Positions 1 to 8,251 of a stretch of 64,000 bases of DNA are shown here, piece after piece (positions within the stretch are counted from its first letter, which is position 1; each line of letters begins with the position of its first letter). A program made the translations under genes and the position numbers. The notes under the pieces were generated by a model, which saw nothing but the letters and a program-made list of their open reading frames with translations, ran no database searches and was not told the DNA's origin. The stretch is taken from positions 32,001 through 96,000 of the IMG/VR virus record IMGVR_UViG_3300047321_000298. One strand, written 5' to 3'. Origin of the DNA: a virus (Duplodnaviria > Caudoviricetes).

Positions 1-261
1 CGCCGCGCGCAGTGGGCGGCAGTCAAGTCCACGGCCCACATAACGCGCGATCCTGCGCTGCTCGCGGCGATTGCAGACGCGGAACAACGCGCTAACGAAG
101 CGCTCAGGGAAACGTATGGCTCCGCTGCTATCGCACACCCCACGCCCAAGCAGGCCGATGAACTGTGCGGGCTGGCACTGCGTCTTGTCTCCGATACAGA
201 CGGGTACATCGTAACGAAGAATAGTGAGGATCAACATGTCGGATTGGATTCCCGTAGCTGA
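1..261 (+). CDS. 5'-truncated hypothetical protein
   Basis: Open frame 1 from the window edge to TGA at 259-261; overlaps the start of the next gene. Confidence 0.4.
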   Translation, partial: RRAQWAAVKSTAHITRDPALLAAIADAEQRANEALRETYGSAAIAHPTPKQADELCGLALRLVSDTDGYIVTKNSEDQHVGLDSRS

Positions 262-421
262 CGCGAAAGTAGACGGCCAACAGTGCGCCCTGAGGTTCCG
301 TGATCGGTTAGGTTCGTACGAAATCGAGAAGCCGTGTTTTCTGCACGATGACGGTTTCTGGTACGTTATCGACCCACCATCGCAACTAACGGTCAAGCCG
401 ACGCACTTCCGCCTGCTGTAA
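236..421 (+). CDS. Small phage hypothetical protein (DUF551-like)
   Basis: MSDWIPV...PTHF pattern; GAGG ribosome-binding site before ATG 236. Confidence 0.55.
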   Translation: MSDWIPVADAKVDGQQCALRFRDRLGSYEIEKPCFLHDDGFWYVIDPPSQLTVKPTHFRLL

Positions 422-436
422 GCGTACACACAGGGA

Positions 437-465
437 TTTACACAACCCGAAAAACGGTCTATAGT
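437..465 (+). promoter_or_regulatory. sigma70-type promoter of vapBC
   Basis: TTTACA-17 nt-TATAGT upstream of vapB. Confidence 0.7.
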
Positions 466-501
466 ACATACGTCGTACACACACGATGTGAGGAACAACG
501 A

Positions 502-738
502 ATGACCACTACACGGGTTTTCAAGAACGGCAACAGTCAGGCCGTTCGTATCCCTGCTGAGCTTGCATATGACCGTACGGATATCGATCTTGAAATCGAG
601 CGCGTAGGGGACGAGATTCGCATTCGACCGATTGCCCGACCGCTGACCGGAGTGCTCAGGAAATTCGCGAAGTTCGGTGCAGATTTCATGAGCGAGGGGC
701 GCGGTGATCAGGAGCAGACTGAGCGGGAGGGTCTCTGA
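502..738 (+). CDS. vapB: AbrB/MazE-fold antitoxin VapB
   Basis: TRVFKNGNSQAVRIPAE N-terminus; TGATG overlap with the downstream PIN toxin. Confidence 0.93.
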   Translation: MTTTRVFKNGNSQAVRIPAELAYDRTDIDLEIERVGDEIRIRPIARPLTGVLRKFAKFGADFMSEGRGDQEQTEREGL

Positions 739-1145
739 TGCCCCGCTACATGCTCGATACCAACATGTGCATCTACCTGATGAAGAATCAGCCTGAGCAG
801 GTAGCCAAGCGGTTTGCGCAATGTGTCGTGGGCGATGTGGTGATGTCTGCTATCACGTACGCAGAGCTTGAATACGGCGTGGCCGTTTGCGAAAACCCGG
901 CACGCGAGCGGCGTAATCTTTCATCGCTGATCGAGGACATTCCGGTCGTTCCGTTTGATGCACCGGCCGCCGTTGCGTACGGGCCGATTCGGCAAGCCAC
1001 CCGCGACAAGAAAAAGGACCATCTGGACAAGCTCATAGCAGCGCACGCGGTTTCCCTTGACGTTCTGCTTGTCACGAACAACACGAAAGACTTCGTGCAG
1101 TATCCGGGCGTCCGGCTGGAAAACTGGCTTGATGAAAGCCACTAA
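738..1145 (+). CDS. vapC: PIN-domain RNase toxin VapC
   Basis: YMLDTN...ITYAEL...DKLIAAHA...LVTNNTKDF PIN motifs. Confidence 0.95.
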   Translation: MPRYMLDTNMCIYLMKNQPEQVAKRFAQCVVGDVVMSAITYAELEYGVAVCENPARERRNLSSLIEDIPVVPFDAPAAVAYGPIRQATRDKKKDHLDKLIAAHAVSLDVLLVTNNTKDFVQYPGVRLENWLDESH

Positions 1146-1157
1146 TCAGGGGGTCGT

Positions 1158-1532
1158 GTGGTTAATCTGAATGCACTGTTCAAGCTGAAGAAGCCGTGCG
1201 AAAACTGCCCGTTCCGCAAGGTCGGGGCAATCCAACTGCGGCCGGGTCGTGTGGAAGCAATCGTTGACGGCTTGATTCGAAACGATCAGTCCACGTTCCA
1301 TTGTCACAAGACTGTGCACGGGCCGAAGGGTGGCGGTGACGGCGAACTGACGGGCGAGGAAAGCTACTGCACGGGCTCTATGATCTACTTGCAGAAGATC
1401 GGTCAGCCGAACGTGGCAATGCGTTTGGGTGCCGGGTTGAAGATGTTCAAGCCTGACGATCTGGCTGCTCAATATGATGTCGTGATCGATACGATTGCAC
1501 CAAACAAGAAACGCGTGACCGATGATAGTTGA
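1158..1532 (+). CDS. Cys-rich hypothetical protein (possible Zn binding)
   Basis: CENCPF, FHCHKT and YCTG motifs. Confidence 0.65.
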   Translation: MVNLNALFKLKKPCENCPFRKVGAIQLRPGRVEAIVDGLIRNDQSTFHCHKTVHGPKGGGDGELTGEESYCTGSMIYLQKIGQPNVAMRLGAGLKMFKPDDLAAQYDVVIDTIAPNKKRVTDDS

Positions 1533-1557
1533 CGATCTGTGCAGCGGGCTATAGAAT
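1529..1557 (+). promoter_or_regulatory. sigma70-type promoter
   Basis: TTGACG-17 nt-TAGAAT. Confidence 0.7.
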
Positions 1558-1588
1558 GAACTCGTTGAACATCGAACGAGGGGAAAAC

Positions 1589-1756
1589 ATGACACAGCAA
1601 GAACTGTTGAAATCGATTCAGGAGCGGATCGAAACGTTCGAGGGGTACGTGAAAGACGGAGTGTCGAACATGCCGATCAGCGGCACCGTTTCGTTGCTCC
1701 AGCAAATCCAGAAGGATGTGGAATCGCTGGACATCGAACGAGGGAAAAATGGCTAA
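1589..1756 (+). CDS. Hypothetical protein
   Basis: GAGGGG RBS, ATG 1589, downstream of the promoter. Confidence 0.6.
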   Translation: MTQQELLKSIQERIETFEGYVKDGVSNMPISGTVSLLQQIQKDVESLDIERGKNG

Positions 1757-1988
1757 GCCCTACGCAACGCTGCAGCTAGACGAACAACAGTTTCTGTCGC
1801 TGCGAGGTGCCGCGTGTGAGACGCGCAAGACCGTGTTCAAGGCTTGGAGTGATGCGACGGACCCTAACGAAAAGGCGTTCTATCGCGAGCGTGTCGCAGT
1901 CTGGGACAACATGATCCAACTGTTCGATGACCGGCTGATTGCTGACACCAGTCAGGATGCGCCCGATGAGGAAGAGGGCGAGGGCTGA
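1749..1988 (+). CDS. Hypothetical protein with acidic C-terminus
   Basis: GAGGG RBS, ATG 1749. Confidence 0.6.
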   Translation: MAKPYATLQLDEQQFLSLRGAACETRKTVFKAWSDATDPNEKAFYRERVAVWDNMIQLFDDRLIADTSQDAPDEEEGEG

Positions 1989-2103
1989 AAACCCGCTCGT
2001 AGCATCGATTTTTACTGTGATTTTTACAGAGGAATCGGGGCTAAAATGTGCCCTGAATGGTATCCCTAATGCGGGCCATCTACTACACAAAAACAGGTGC
2101 AAC

Positions 2104-2334
2104 ATGAACGCAGCAGAAGGACTAAGACGTATCGCAAAGGGAATCGGCTATTTAGGCTTCGTTCCTCTGGGTCTGGTGATCTACGACATCGTCTACGCTA
2201 TGGCGAGTGGTCGGCACTGGCCCGGAGACAGCCTGCTCAATATCGGCTTTGCGCTCCTTCTGCTTGCAGTCTTCAAGGGGGTTGCGTGGGTCATCCTCGG
2301 ATTTACAGCACCAAAGCGGACTGAGGGAAGCTGA
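2104..2334 (+). CDS. Small two-TM membrane protein
   Basis: Two hydrophobic stretches; AGGT RBS before ATG 2104. Confidence 0.6.
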   Translation: MNAAEGLRRIAKGIGYLGFVPLGLVIYDIVYAMASGRHWPGDSLLNIGFALLLLAVFKGVAWVILGFTAPKRTEGS

Positions 2335-2373
2335 GCGTAGAATTTCGCTTCGATAGATGAACCGGAGGATTGA

Positions 2374-2583
2374 ATGCCGTTGAGTCAGCAAGACCTGAAC
2401 ACACTCGCGCAGTTGCATGCGCTGCGTGGTGCAGAGAAGGACGCAATCGACAAGGCGCTCAAGGCAGCAGTGCAGGAGATAGAAGCAGCCAATTTCGTAA
2501 CGCTCGGAGACTCACACCTTGCGGCCCTACAGGCAGCGCTGACCAGGTATTTCCTGGCGTCGAATCCGGACATCTTGCCGTAG
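2374..2583 (+). CDS. Hypothetical protein
   Basis: GGAGG RBS; ends just before a terminator. Confidence 0.65.
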   Translation: MPLSQQDLNTLAQLHALRGAEKDAIDKALKAAVQEIEAANFVTLGDSHLAALQAALTRYFLASNPDILP

Positions 2584-2607
2584 CTGCAACACCCATCAGG
2601 CCCAAAG

Positions 2608-2648
2608 AAAAAGCCCCCGAATCCAATACAGGAGACGGGGGCTTTTTT
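2608..2648. terminator. Bidirectional intrinsic terminator
   Basis: AAAAAGCCCCCG...CGGGGGCTTTTTT between convergent genes. Confidence 0.85.
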
Positions 2649-2652
2649 GTTG

Positions 2653-3162
2653 CTAGTTGGTCGCTTCCGCTTTCAACTGAGGGCCGAACGACAGGGGCAG
2701 CGGGTCGGCTGCTAGCTCGGTGTTCTTCTGCTCGACCCACAAGCGTAGCTGCGCGGTGTTAGGTGCATCGTAGGACAGCGTGAGATGCGCACGGTAGTCC
2801 GGGAACGAGTGCTGCAACCCTTCACCCAGCAACTCGGAATGCAGCCGCTGTAGGTCCGGAGAATCGATGCACGCAACGAGCACCGGCCGCTGCTTGTGAT
2901 CGAGCCACACCTGCAGGCTAGTCACTGATCCCTTGCACACGCGATCTGCTGGCGGCTTCACACCGAACGGAAGATCATGCTTGTGGTAAAGCACCGTCAC
3001 GTGAAAATCCGTGGAGTGGTTCGGCTTGAACGGTGCACCCGCCAGAAAGTTGCGCAGACTCAGGATCGACTGCTCATCCGGATCGGCCCACACGTAGAGT
3101 CCGGAGCCCGAATCAGCCTCCCGGATTTGATCGTAGAGAATCTGCGCTTCTATCTTGAACAT
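2653..3162 (-). CDS. acb1: 2H phosphoesterase, Acb1 / T4 gp57B-like anti-CBASS nuclease
   Basis: Two HxT motifs (FHVTVLY, AHLTLSY); SGLYVWA and VWLD...VLVACIDS...HSFPDYRAHLTLSY follow the T4 57B pattern. Confidence 0.8.
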   Translation of the reverse strand: MFKIEAQILYDQIREADSGSGLYVWADPDEQSILSLRNFLAGAPFKPNHSTDFHVTVLYHKHDLPFGVKPPADRVCKGSVTSLQVWLDHKQRPVLVACIDSPDLQRLHSELLGEGLQHSFPDYRAHLTLSYDAPNTAQLRLWVEQKNTELAADPLPLSFGPQLKAEATN

Positions 3163-3273
3163 ACACTACCTTCATTGTTTATAGGGCTACCCGGATAGCA
3201 TCGACCGTGAGTGCTGGCTTTTGTGTTGATCGGCGTACGCTATCGTTTGCTGTCATTTGGACCCGCTATGCAG

Positions 3274-3828
3274 TCAACTCCATTTGATCGACATGATTTC
3301 ATCGATGTCCTTTGCTGAAGCCAACTTGGCCTTTAGCTTTGAACGCGTCTGGAAAGCCTCCCACCCTTGTGCGGTTATGGCTGCGTTTAAGCCCTGAATA
3401 TCTTTCAGTGTGAAGGGAACCGGGGTGTTATCGGACGATATCCAGTAGAACCCGCTGGGAGTTTCGCCTAGGATGGAATACGATTGCGCTGCCCTTGCAA
3501 CAGATGCCGCACTTTCTGCATCAGCTTCAAACTTCTTGGTCACACCTCCCTCTGTAGTGAAGGAGATGTCGCTGACCACAGCGGAGTTGTAAGACGCAGT
3601 TATCGTCCTCTTCTGTGCTCCGCGTGCCTGCGACAACAGGAATTCAGGCGAGGGCGGAGTTAGCTTGTCGTCATTTACTGTCCAGCCGCCTTGCACCGCG
3701 AGACAAGCTTGCCATTCGTCATGGCTCAGGGCAATCGCTTCTACGCCTTCTGGCACTGGACTGTCAGTGCTATCGTAGAAGGCAACGATAACCCCATTCT
3801 TATCATATGCTGCGTACTTCTGACCCAT
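3274..3828 (-). CDS. Tail fibre assembly protein (DUF4376-like)
   Basis: MGQKYAAYD...AFYD N-terminus and DUF4376-like C-terminus; directly downstream of the tail fibre; GGAG RBS before ATG 3828. Confidence 0.8.
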   Translation of the reverse strand: MGQKYAAYDKNGVIVAFYDSTDSPVPEGVEAIALSHDEWQACLAVQGGWTVNDDKLTPPSPEFLLSQARGAQKRTITASYNSAVVSDISFTTEGGVTKKFEADAESAASVARAAQSYSILGETPSGFYWISSDNTPVPFTLKDIQGLNAAITAQGWEAFQTRSKLKAKLASAKDIDEIMSIKWS

Positions 3829-3839
3829 GTCGGTCTCCA

Positions 3840-5459
3840 TTAATAGCCTATTGCGAGCCAGTTAGCACCTTTCTGATCGGCTCCGATAACAGCGGACGAA
3901 TTTGTGAAACTCACAACTCCGCTGTAGTTGTTGTTGGCAACGTTTCCGGGGCCAAACAAAGAGACGCTGTTTAATACCCTCAAGCAAGCGTTAGGGAACG
4001 TAATAGGGAAATTAACGGTGGGGAACGTTTGATTGCCGGGAGTGGTGCCCCATTGGAGTATTAGTCCATCTGGTAAAACGTCATACCCGTTCCCTGCGAA
4101 CAGCGTGCCGCTACCTAGTTTTCCGCGCATTGAAAACGGGAACCAGTCCGTCCAGTTAGCACCGTTGTTGTAGCCTTGTCGCCAGTACGGGGGATACCCA
4201 CCGACACCGTGACTATCGCCACCGCCTGTATTCCACGGATACGCGATCTGCGTGATGTCTGAGCCATGCGCGCCGGACACACCGTCACCGATGTTGTGAA
4301 CCCAGATGTTGCAGTTCCAGTTGATCGGCATGTTGGCCGGTAGGTTGCCCGAAGTCGCAATGTACAGCCCAGATGCAAGCGCGTTGCTGTTCAGATCGTC
4401 CGCACTGGTCAGTTGGCGTCCGCTGCTTGTTGACGGGCTCTGAAGCATGCCGACCGCTTGAATCACGCCCGGTTGCGGCATGTACAAGCCGGAACCACCG
4501 TACGCGAGACCAGGTGTGCCCACAGTGGCGAGAGGCGCGCTCGGAGGCGGGTCGATGATCTGCGAGTAGTAAATCTTCAGTCCCGATTGCGTGGACGAAT
4601 ACAGACGGCAGTGGCTACCAACAGCCGGTGAATTCAGCAGCGGGATATTGCTGTACGTGCCATCGTTCGTCACGTTCAGATTGAACCGGTAGTTAGCGCC
4701 TGACGTAACGATGCTCGACACTGACCGGAAAAATCCGTCCGGTGTTTCGAGGACCCACTGACGATTAGCAGATGCGAGCGCAGCAGGCGTGAACAGGGCC
4801 GGTGAAAACTCAACCCATGTCGTGGACGAGTTCAGGACCGGTGCCGCGTTGTTTACCTGATAGTAGGTCGTGCCCAGAGTCCACGATGAGTCACTCGAAT
4901 TTTGCAGGAGCGACGAATCACCTGAAGGGCTTAGCTCGCGCACAACGTACAGCGGAACATCGGGGTTAGCCGATACACCGGGCGGGTACACGTCGGACCA
5001 CTGATAGATATCGAGCACGGCCGGGGGCGCGTTGATTGTGTCGATCTGGAAGACTGCAACCGACTGCTCCAACTTCAACAGGCAGTTGAACGTGTAGCTC
5101 GATACGACGTTCGTGCCCAGGCTCGAATACTTCGTTTGCGGCTCGTCAAAGACGCCCTTTGCAAACATGACACCGCCATCGAGATACAGCGCGACTTCAC
5201 CGAACTGAAAAGGACCGGCATCGACCGGAATCTGACAGATGATGTTGAGCGTGTTGTTGCCGATGTATTCGTAGCTAGTTGGCACACCTGTGAAAAGCAG
5301 GTTGCCATTCAGACCGGCATCAGTGCGTTGCGGATCGTAGCCATAGGCCGATCCAACTTCAAAGCTGGTGATGTGAATGTAGGGACCTTCAGGCATCGCG
5401 GTTGACGCGACAGCAAGCCCCGCATTGGTGATCACCAGAAGTGGTGTGCCGTTACTCAT
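3840..5459 (-). CDS. Tail fibre protein
   Basis: Baseplate-attachment N-terminus (ITNAGLA), knob-like central segment, gp53-like C-terminus LPDGLILQWG...FPITFPNAC. Confidence 0.88.
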   Translation of the reverse strand: MSNGTPLLVITNAGLAVASTAMPEGPYIHITSFEVGSAYGYDPQRTDAGLNGNLLFTGVPTSYEYIGNNTLNIICQIPVDAGPFQFGEVALYLDGGVMFAKGVFDEPQTKYSSLGTNVVSSYTFNCLLKLEQSVAVFQIDTINAPPAVLDIYQWSDVYPPGVSANPDVPLYVVRELSPSGDSSLLQNSSDSSWTLGTTYYQVNNAAPVLNSSTTWVEFSPALFTPAALASANRQWVLETPDGFFRSVSSIVTSGANYRFNLNVTNDGTYSNIPLLNSPAVGSHCRLYSSTQSGLKIYYSQIIDPPPSAPLATVGTPGLAYGGSGLYMPQPGVIQAVGMLQSPSTSSGRQLTSADDLNSNALASGLYIATSGNLPANMPINWNCNIWVHNIGDGVSGAHGSDITQIAYPWNTGGGDSHGVGGYPPYWRQGYNNGANWTDWFPFSMRGKLGSGTLFAGNGYDVLPDGLILQWGTTPGNQTFPTVNFPITFPNACLRVLNSVSLFGPGNVANNNYSGVVSFTNSSAVIGADQKGANWLAIGY

Positions 5460-5740
5460 TTACATACCTCTGTTAATGATTGAAGTGCGGGCTCTCGCAT
5501 TAGTGGTTTACCCGCGAAATGTTGATAAAATCCATTATGTCAAGTTCTGCTGCAACGCACCAAATGAATGAAATCAAATACATAGGTCAAGTAGCTGACC
5601 CTTTAATGAGTAAAAAGCGACAAAACAACACTTATTGCGTGCCCAGGCAACCAATATGCAATTGTTTTTCTGTGCAGCTATTGACAGTTTGTGCAACCCG
5701 TGCAGGTGCGAGTCATCGATGTGGAATCGAGCGGAAAAAG

Positions 5741-5835
5741 TTATCCACACGGCACGCAAGCCGCGTAGTTATCCACTTGCAGGGGAGTTGTTCACAATGC
5801 GTGAGGCTTATCCAACGCTTCGCGACTTATGCACA
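5741..5835 (+). promoter_or_regulatory. Array of five DnaA-box-like 9-mers; candidate replication origin
   Basis: TTATCCACA 5741, TTATCCACT 5769, TTGTTCACA 5788, TTATCCAAC 5808, TTATGCACA 5827; same orientation; AT-rich tract at about 5520-5680. Confidence 0.65.
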
Positions 5836-5846
5836 GCGTTGGAGCC

Positions 5847-6968
5847 TTATGCGTACTGCTGCAGGATGTCGGAGAGGCGTTCCATGTTCGTGTGCAGCCG
5901 GAAGTCTTGCCGCTCGCGTGTCGTGTGCACGTAGCCAGCCGGACGTGTCGAACCATCGAAGAACACCAGGTACAGATACTTGAAGCCCTTGTGCAGGGCC
6001 CCGCGAGCCTTGCGCGTAATCTCGTCTGTCACGCTTCCCCTATCGGCCGGGGGCTCGCTTGTGAGGTCGATCACCAGACCGCGCTTTTCGATCCACAGAT
6101 CAGGCGCGTAGTCGCGTCCTTCCGAGCGATACGTTGGGCCGGATGTATCGATAGATTGCGCAGCGATTCCCTCAGTCAGGAGCCACGGAATCGCCACCTT
6201 TTGGGTGCCAACGACCAACCACGAAGCGCCGCCCGAATCGAGCCGTTGTGGGGCGTTTTTGAAGGCCGCACGCAGCGCTTCGACGGGTTCCAGAGGCGCG
6301 ACCGGCAGCGCCTTTTTCTTGATACGCACGGGCACCGGCAGATCGTCTTCAACTTCGATCTTCAGGTTGTGTGCTGAGTCCCTGAGCTTTTCCCGCACCT
6401 CCCGCCGTTGGCTCGAACTGGTGCGTTTGCCGTTGCTGCGTTCTAGCTCGTTGCGCCGGTTTGATTCCACGCGTTTGGCTATCGCTTCCGGACGTGATCG
6501 CGGATCGACCGATGTACCGTTGGAGCGTTCAAGCTCGCGATCCATGATCATCTCTTTGTACGTCTTCGAGCGACGCAGCGCGCGGCTTCGGTTTCTGAGT
6601 TCCGGCCGCTGCGCTACGTTCGTGTACTTGCCGCCTGATCGTTCTAGCTCGTTGCGTCTGCGCGTCTCGATCTTCGCCGGGTCTTTCCACGAGCACGCAG
6701 CAGAGCAGTAGCTGATGTACTTCAGTGCGCGTTTATCGAACCGGACCGTTTCGTTGCAGCCCGGAGTCTTGCACGTTGATCGCGCGTTAGGAAACAGGTG
6801 CGTGTAGAACTCAAGCTGATTGAACCGTGAGCCCAATGCGTCCTGCAATTCACTAAACAGTTCCGCGTCTATACGGTTGCGCAGCCATGCACTGAATCCA
6901 CCTGGTCCGCTAGGTTTGGATAGCTGCAGCAGCCCCCTCACATCCTTTATAACAAGTTTCTGGTCCAT
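5847..6968 (-). CDS. Putative free-standing homing-endonuclease-like protein (Zn finger, ELERSxG repeats, degenerate PD-(D/E)xK-like C-terminus)
   Basis: CKTPGC...YCSAAC; three ELERSxG repeats; YAPDLWIE...LVIDLTS; inserted in the structural module. Confidence 0.5.
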   Translation of the reverse strand: MDQKLVIKDVRGLLQLSKPSGPGGFSAWLRNRIDAELFSELQDALGSRFNQLEFYTHLFPNARSTCKTPGCNETVRFDKRALKYISYCSAACSWKDPAKIETRRRNELERSGGKYTNVAQRPELRNRSRALRRSKTYKEMIMDRELERSNGTSVDPRSRPEAIAKRVESNRRNELERSNGKRTSSSQRREVREKLRDSAHNLKIEVEDDLPVPVRIKKKALPVAPLEPVEALRAAFKNAPQRLDSGGASWLVVGTQKVAIPWLLTEGIAAQSIDTSGPTYRSEGRDYAPDLWIEKRGLVIDLTSEPPADRGSVTDEITRKARGALHKGFKYLYLVFFDGSTRPAGYVHTTRERQDFRLHTNMERLSDILQQYA

Positions 6969-7043
6969 CTACATATCCCGCAGTTTGCTTGCATATAGCT
7001 CAAATTGGGGTATGTGCGTGTAGCGCTTCAGATGTGTTGGGGC

Positions 7044-7087
7044 TACAGCGTGCAGTCTACAGTTGGGTCTGTACAGCGTGCAGTCTA
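7044..7087 (+). repeat. 16-bp direct repeat TACAGCGTGCAGTCTA x2
   Basis: Copies at 7044-7059 and 7072-7087. Confidence 0.8.
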
Positions 7088-7128
7088 TATAGCGCTCTAC
7101 TGCTGCTTTGTGCTGCGTTTTTTTGTGT

Positions 7129-8247
7129 TCAGAACAGACGGCTAGACTGTATGTTCAGTGCACGTTGCTGCTGATCCGATTGCAGACCGAACACATAGTT
7201 GCGGAACCCGTAGTTGATATCGAACATCACAGGGAACGACGGTTGACTCACCTTAGAGCCGGTTACCGTCAGTTGCTCTGTATCAGCCCATGACAGAGAT
7301 ATGATCCCTGATTGGGTAGTTGAGTTGTTGGATGAGGGTTGCAGTGTCCCCTGTGTTTGGTTGTTACCAGCGAATCCTGAGAGCATCTTGATGAAGTACT
7401 GTCTCTGTGTAAGCTGTGCAGTAGTCGGTGAGTTCGCTGGTGTCATAAGCTTGCCGTTGATGAGGAACTGCGATCCATACTGAACGAACGACGTGCCCAT
7501 TGATCCGCTTTGTGTTCCCATGAATCCCCAGTAGGCTGACGTATCTGTCATGTTTACTGTTGAACCTAGCAGCTTGACGTAGCCATGGCTCGATGAATCC
7601 ATGTTCCTCACTACATCCGCATAGATCGAATACAGAGCGATTGACGGAGTGGCTGGTGCTTGGGGCAGGTTTAAAGCCACCCCTTCAAACGTGATAGACC
7701 CGCCGTACCTGTTGATTCCGTATAGAACCCATTGCGCGTTTGTTTGGCCTGTTGAGAACGTGATAGTCGGTCTCTGGAGGTCTTGCATATACTGCGATTT
7801 ACACTGTGTTCCGGAGACCAATGTGTCGAAATCTCCGTAGTTCGTATCCCCATAGAACGTGAACACAAGGTTAGCTCCGGTGTAGATCGCAACGTCTGAC
7901 TGAGGGAACGAGAAGGTCTGGGAGGCGAGCAGCGCGATATACACAGAGCCCGTTATCTGCTGATTCGGAAACAGCGATTGGGCTGCTTGTACGGCTTTGG
8001 CTATAGTCTGGAACGGCTGTGCTTTGGTACCCGGGTTTGTATCTGAACCTGAGTTGGACACGTAGAAAGCGGTGAACGAACCGAAGTAGGAGTGGCTCCC
8101 AACGTACACGCCATCTGCATTGGACTGAACGAGGTTACCGGGTTGCTGTGAAATCGGCACCTGAGTCGGGGGGATGGTCGCTGACGGGTCCATCGGCCGC
8201 GTTACCTGAAGGGCTGAATCGTAAAACGAAGGAAGCTGGTATGTCAT
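7129..8247 (-). CDS. Virion structural protein with DUF1565 / beta-helix-type N-terminal motif
   Basis: FYVSNSGSDTNPGTKAQPFQTIAKAV; lies in the baseplate cluster. Confidence 0.65.
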   Translation of the reverse strand: MTYQLPSFYDSALQVTRPMDPSATIPPTQVPISQQPGNLVQSNADGVYVGSHSYFGSFTAFYVSNSGSDTNPGTKAQPFQTIAKAVQAAQSLFPNQQITGSVYIALLASQTFSFPQSDVAIYTGANLVFTFYGDTNYGDFDTLVSGTQCKSQYMQDLQRPTITFSTGQTNAQWVLYGINRYGGSITFEGVALNLPQAPATPSIALYSIYADVVRNMDSSSHGYVKLLGSTVNMTDTSAYWGFMGTQSGSMGTSFVQYGSQFLINGKLMTPANSPTTAQLTQRQYFIKMLSGFAGNNQTQGTLQPSSNNSTTQSGIISLSWADTEQLTVTGSKVSQPSFPVMFDINYGFRNYVFGLQSDQQQRALNIQSSRLF

Positions 8248-8251
8248 GTTT

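Noticed and set aside
2023-2047. Promoter TTTACA...TAAAAT before the 2104 ORF
   Set aside because: The spacer is only 13 nt.
2583-2653. Prophage or host boundary at the strand switch
   Set aside because: No integrase, att repeat or housekeeping host gene; the plus-strand genes look like phage accessory genes and share a promoter motif with the 57 kb cassette.
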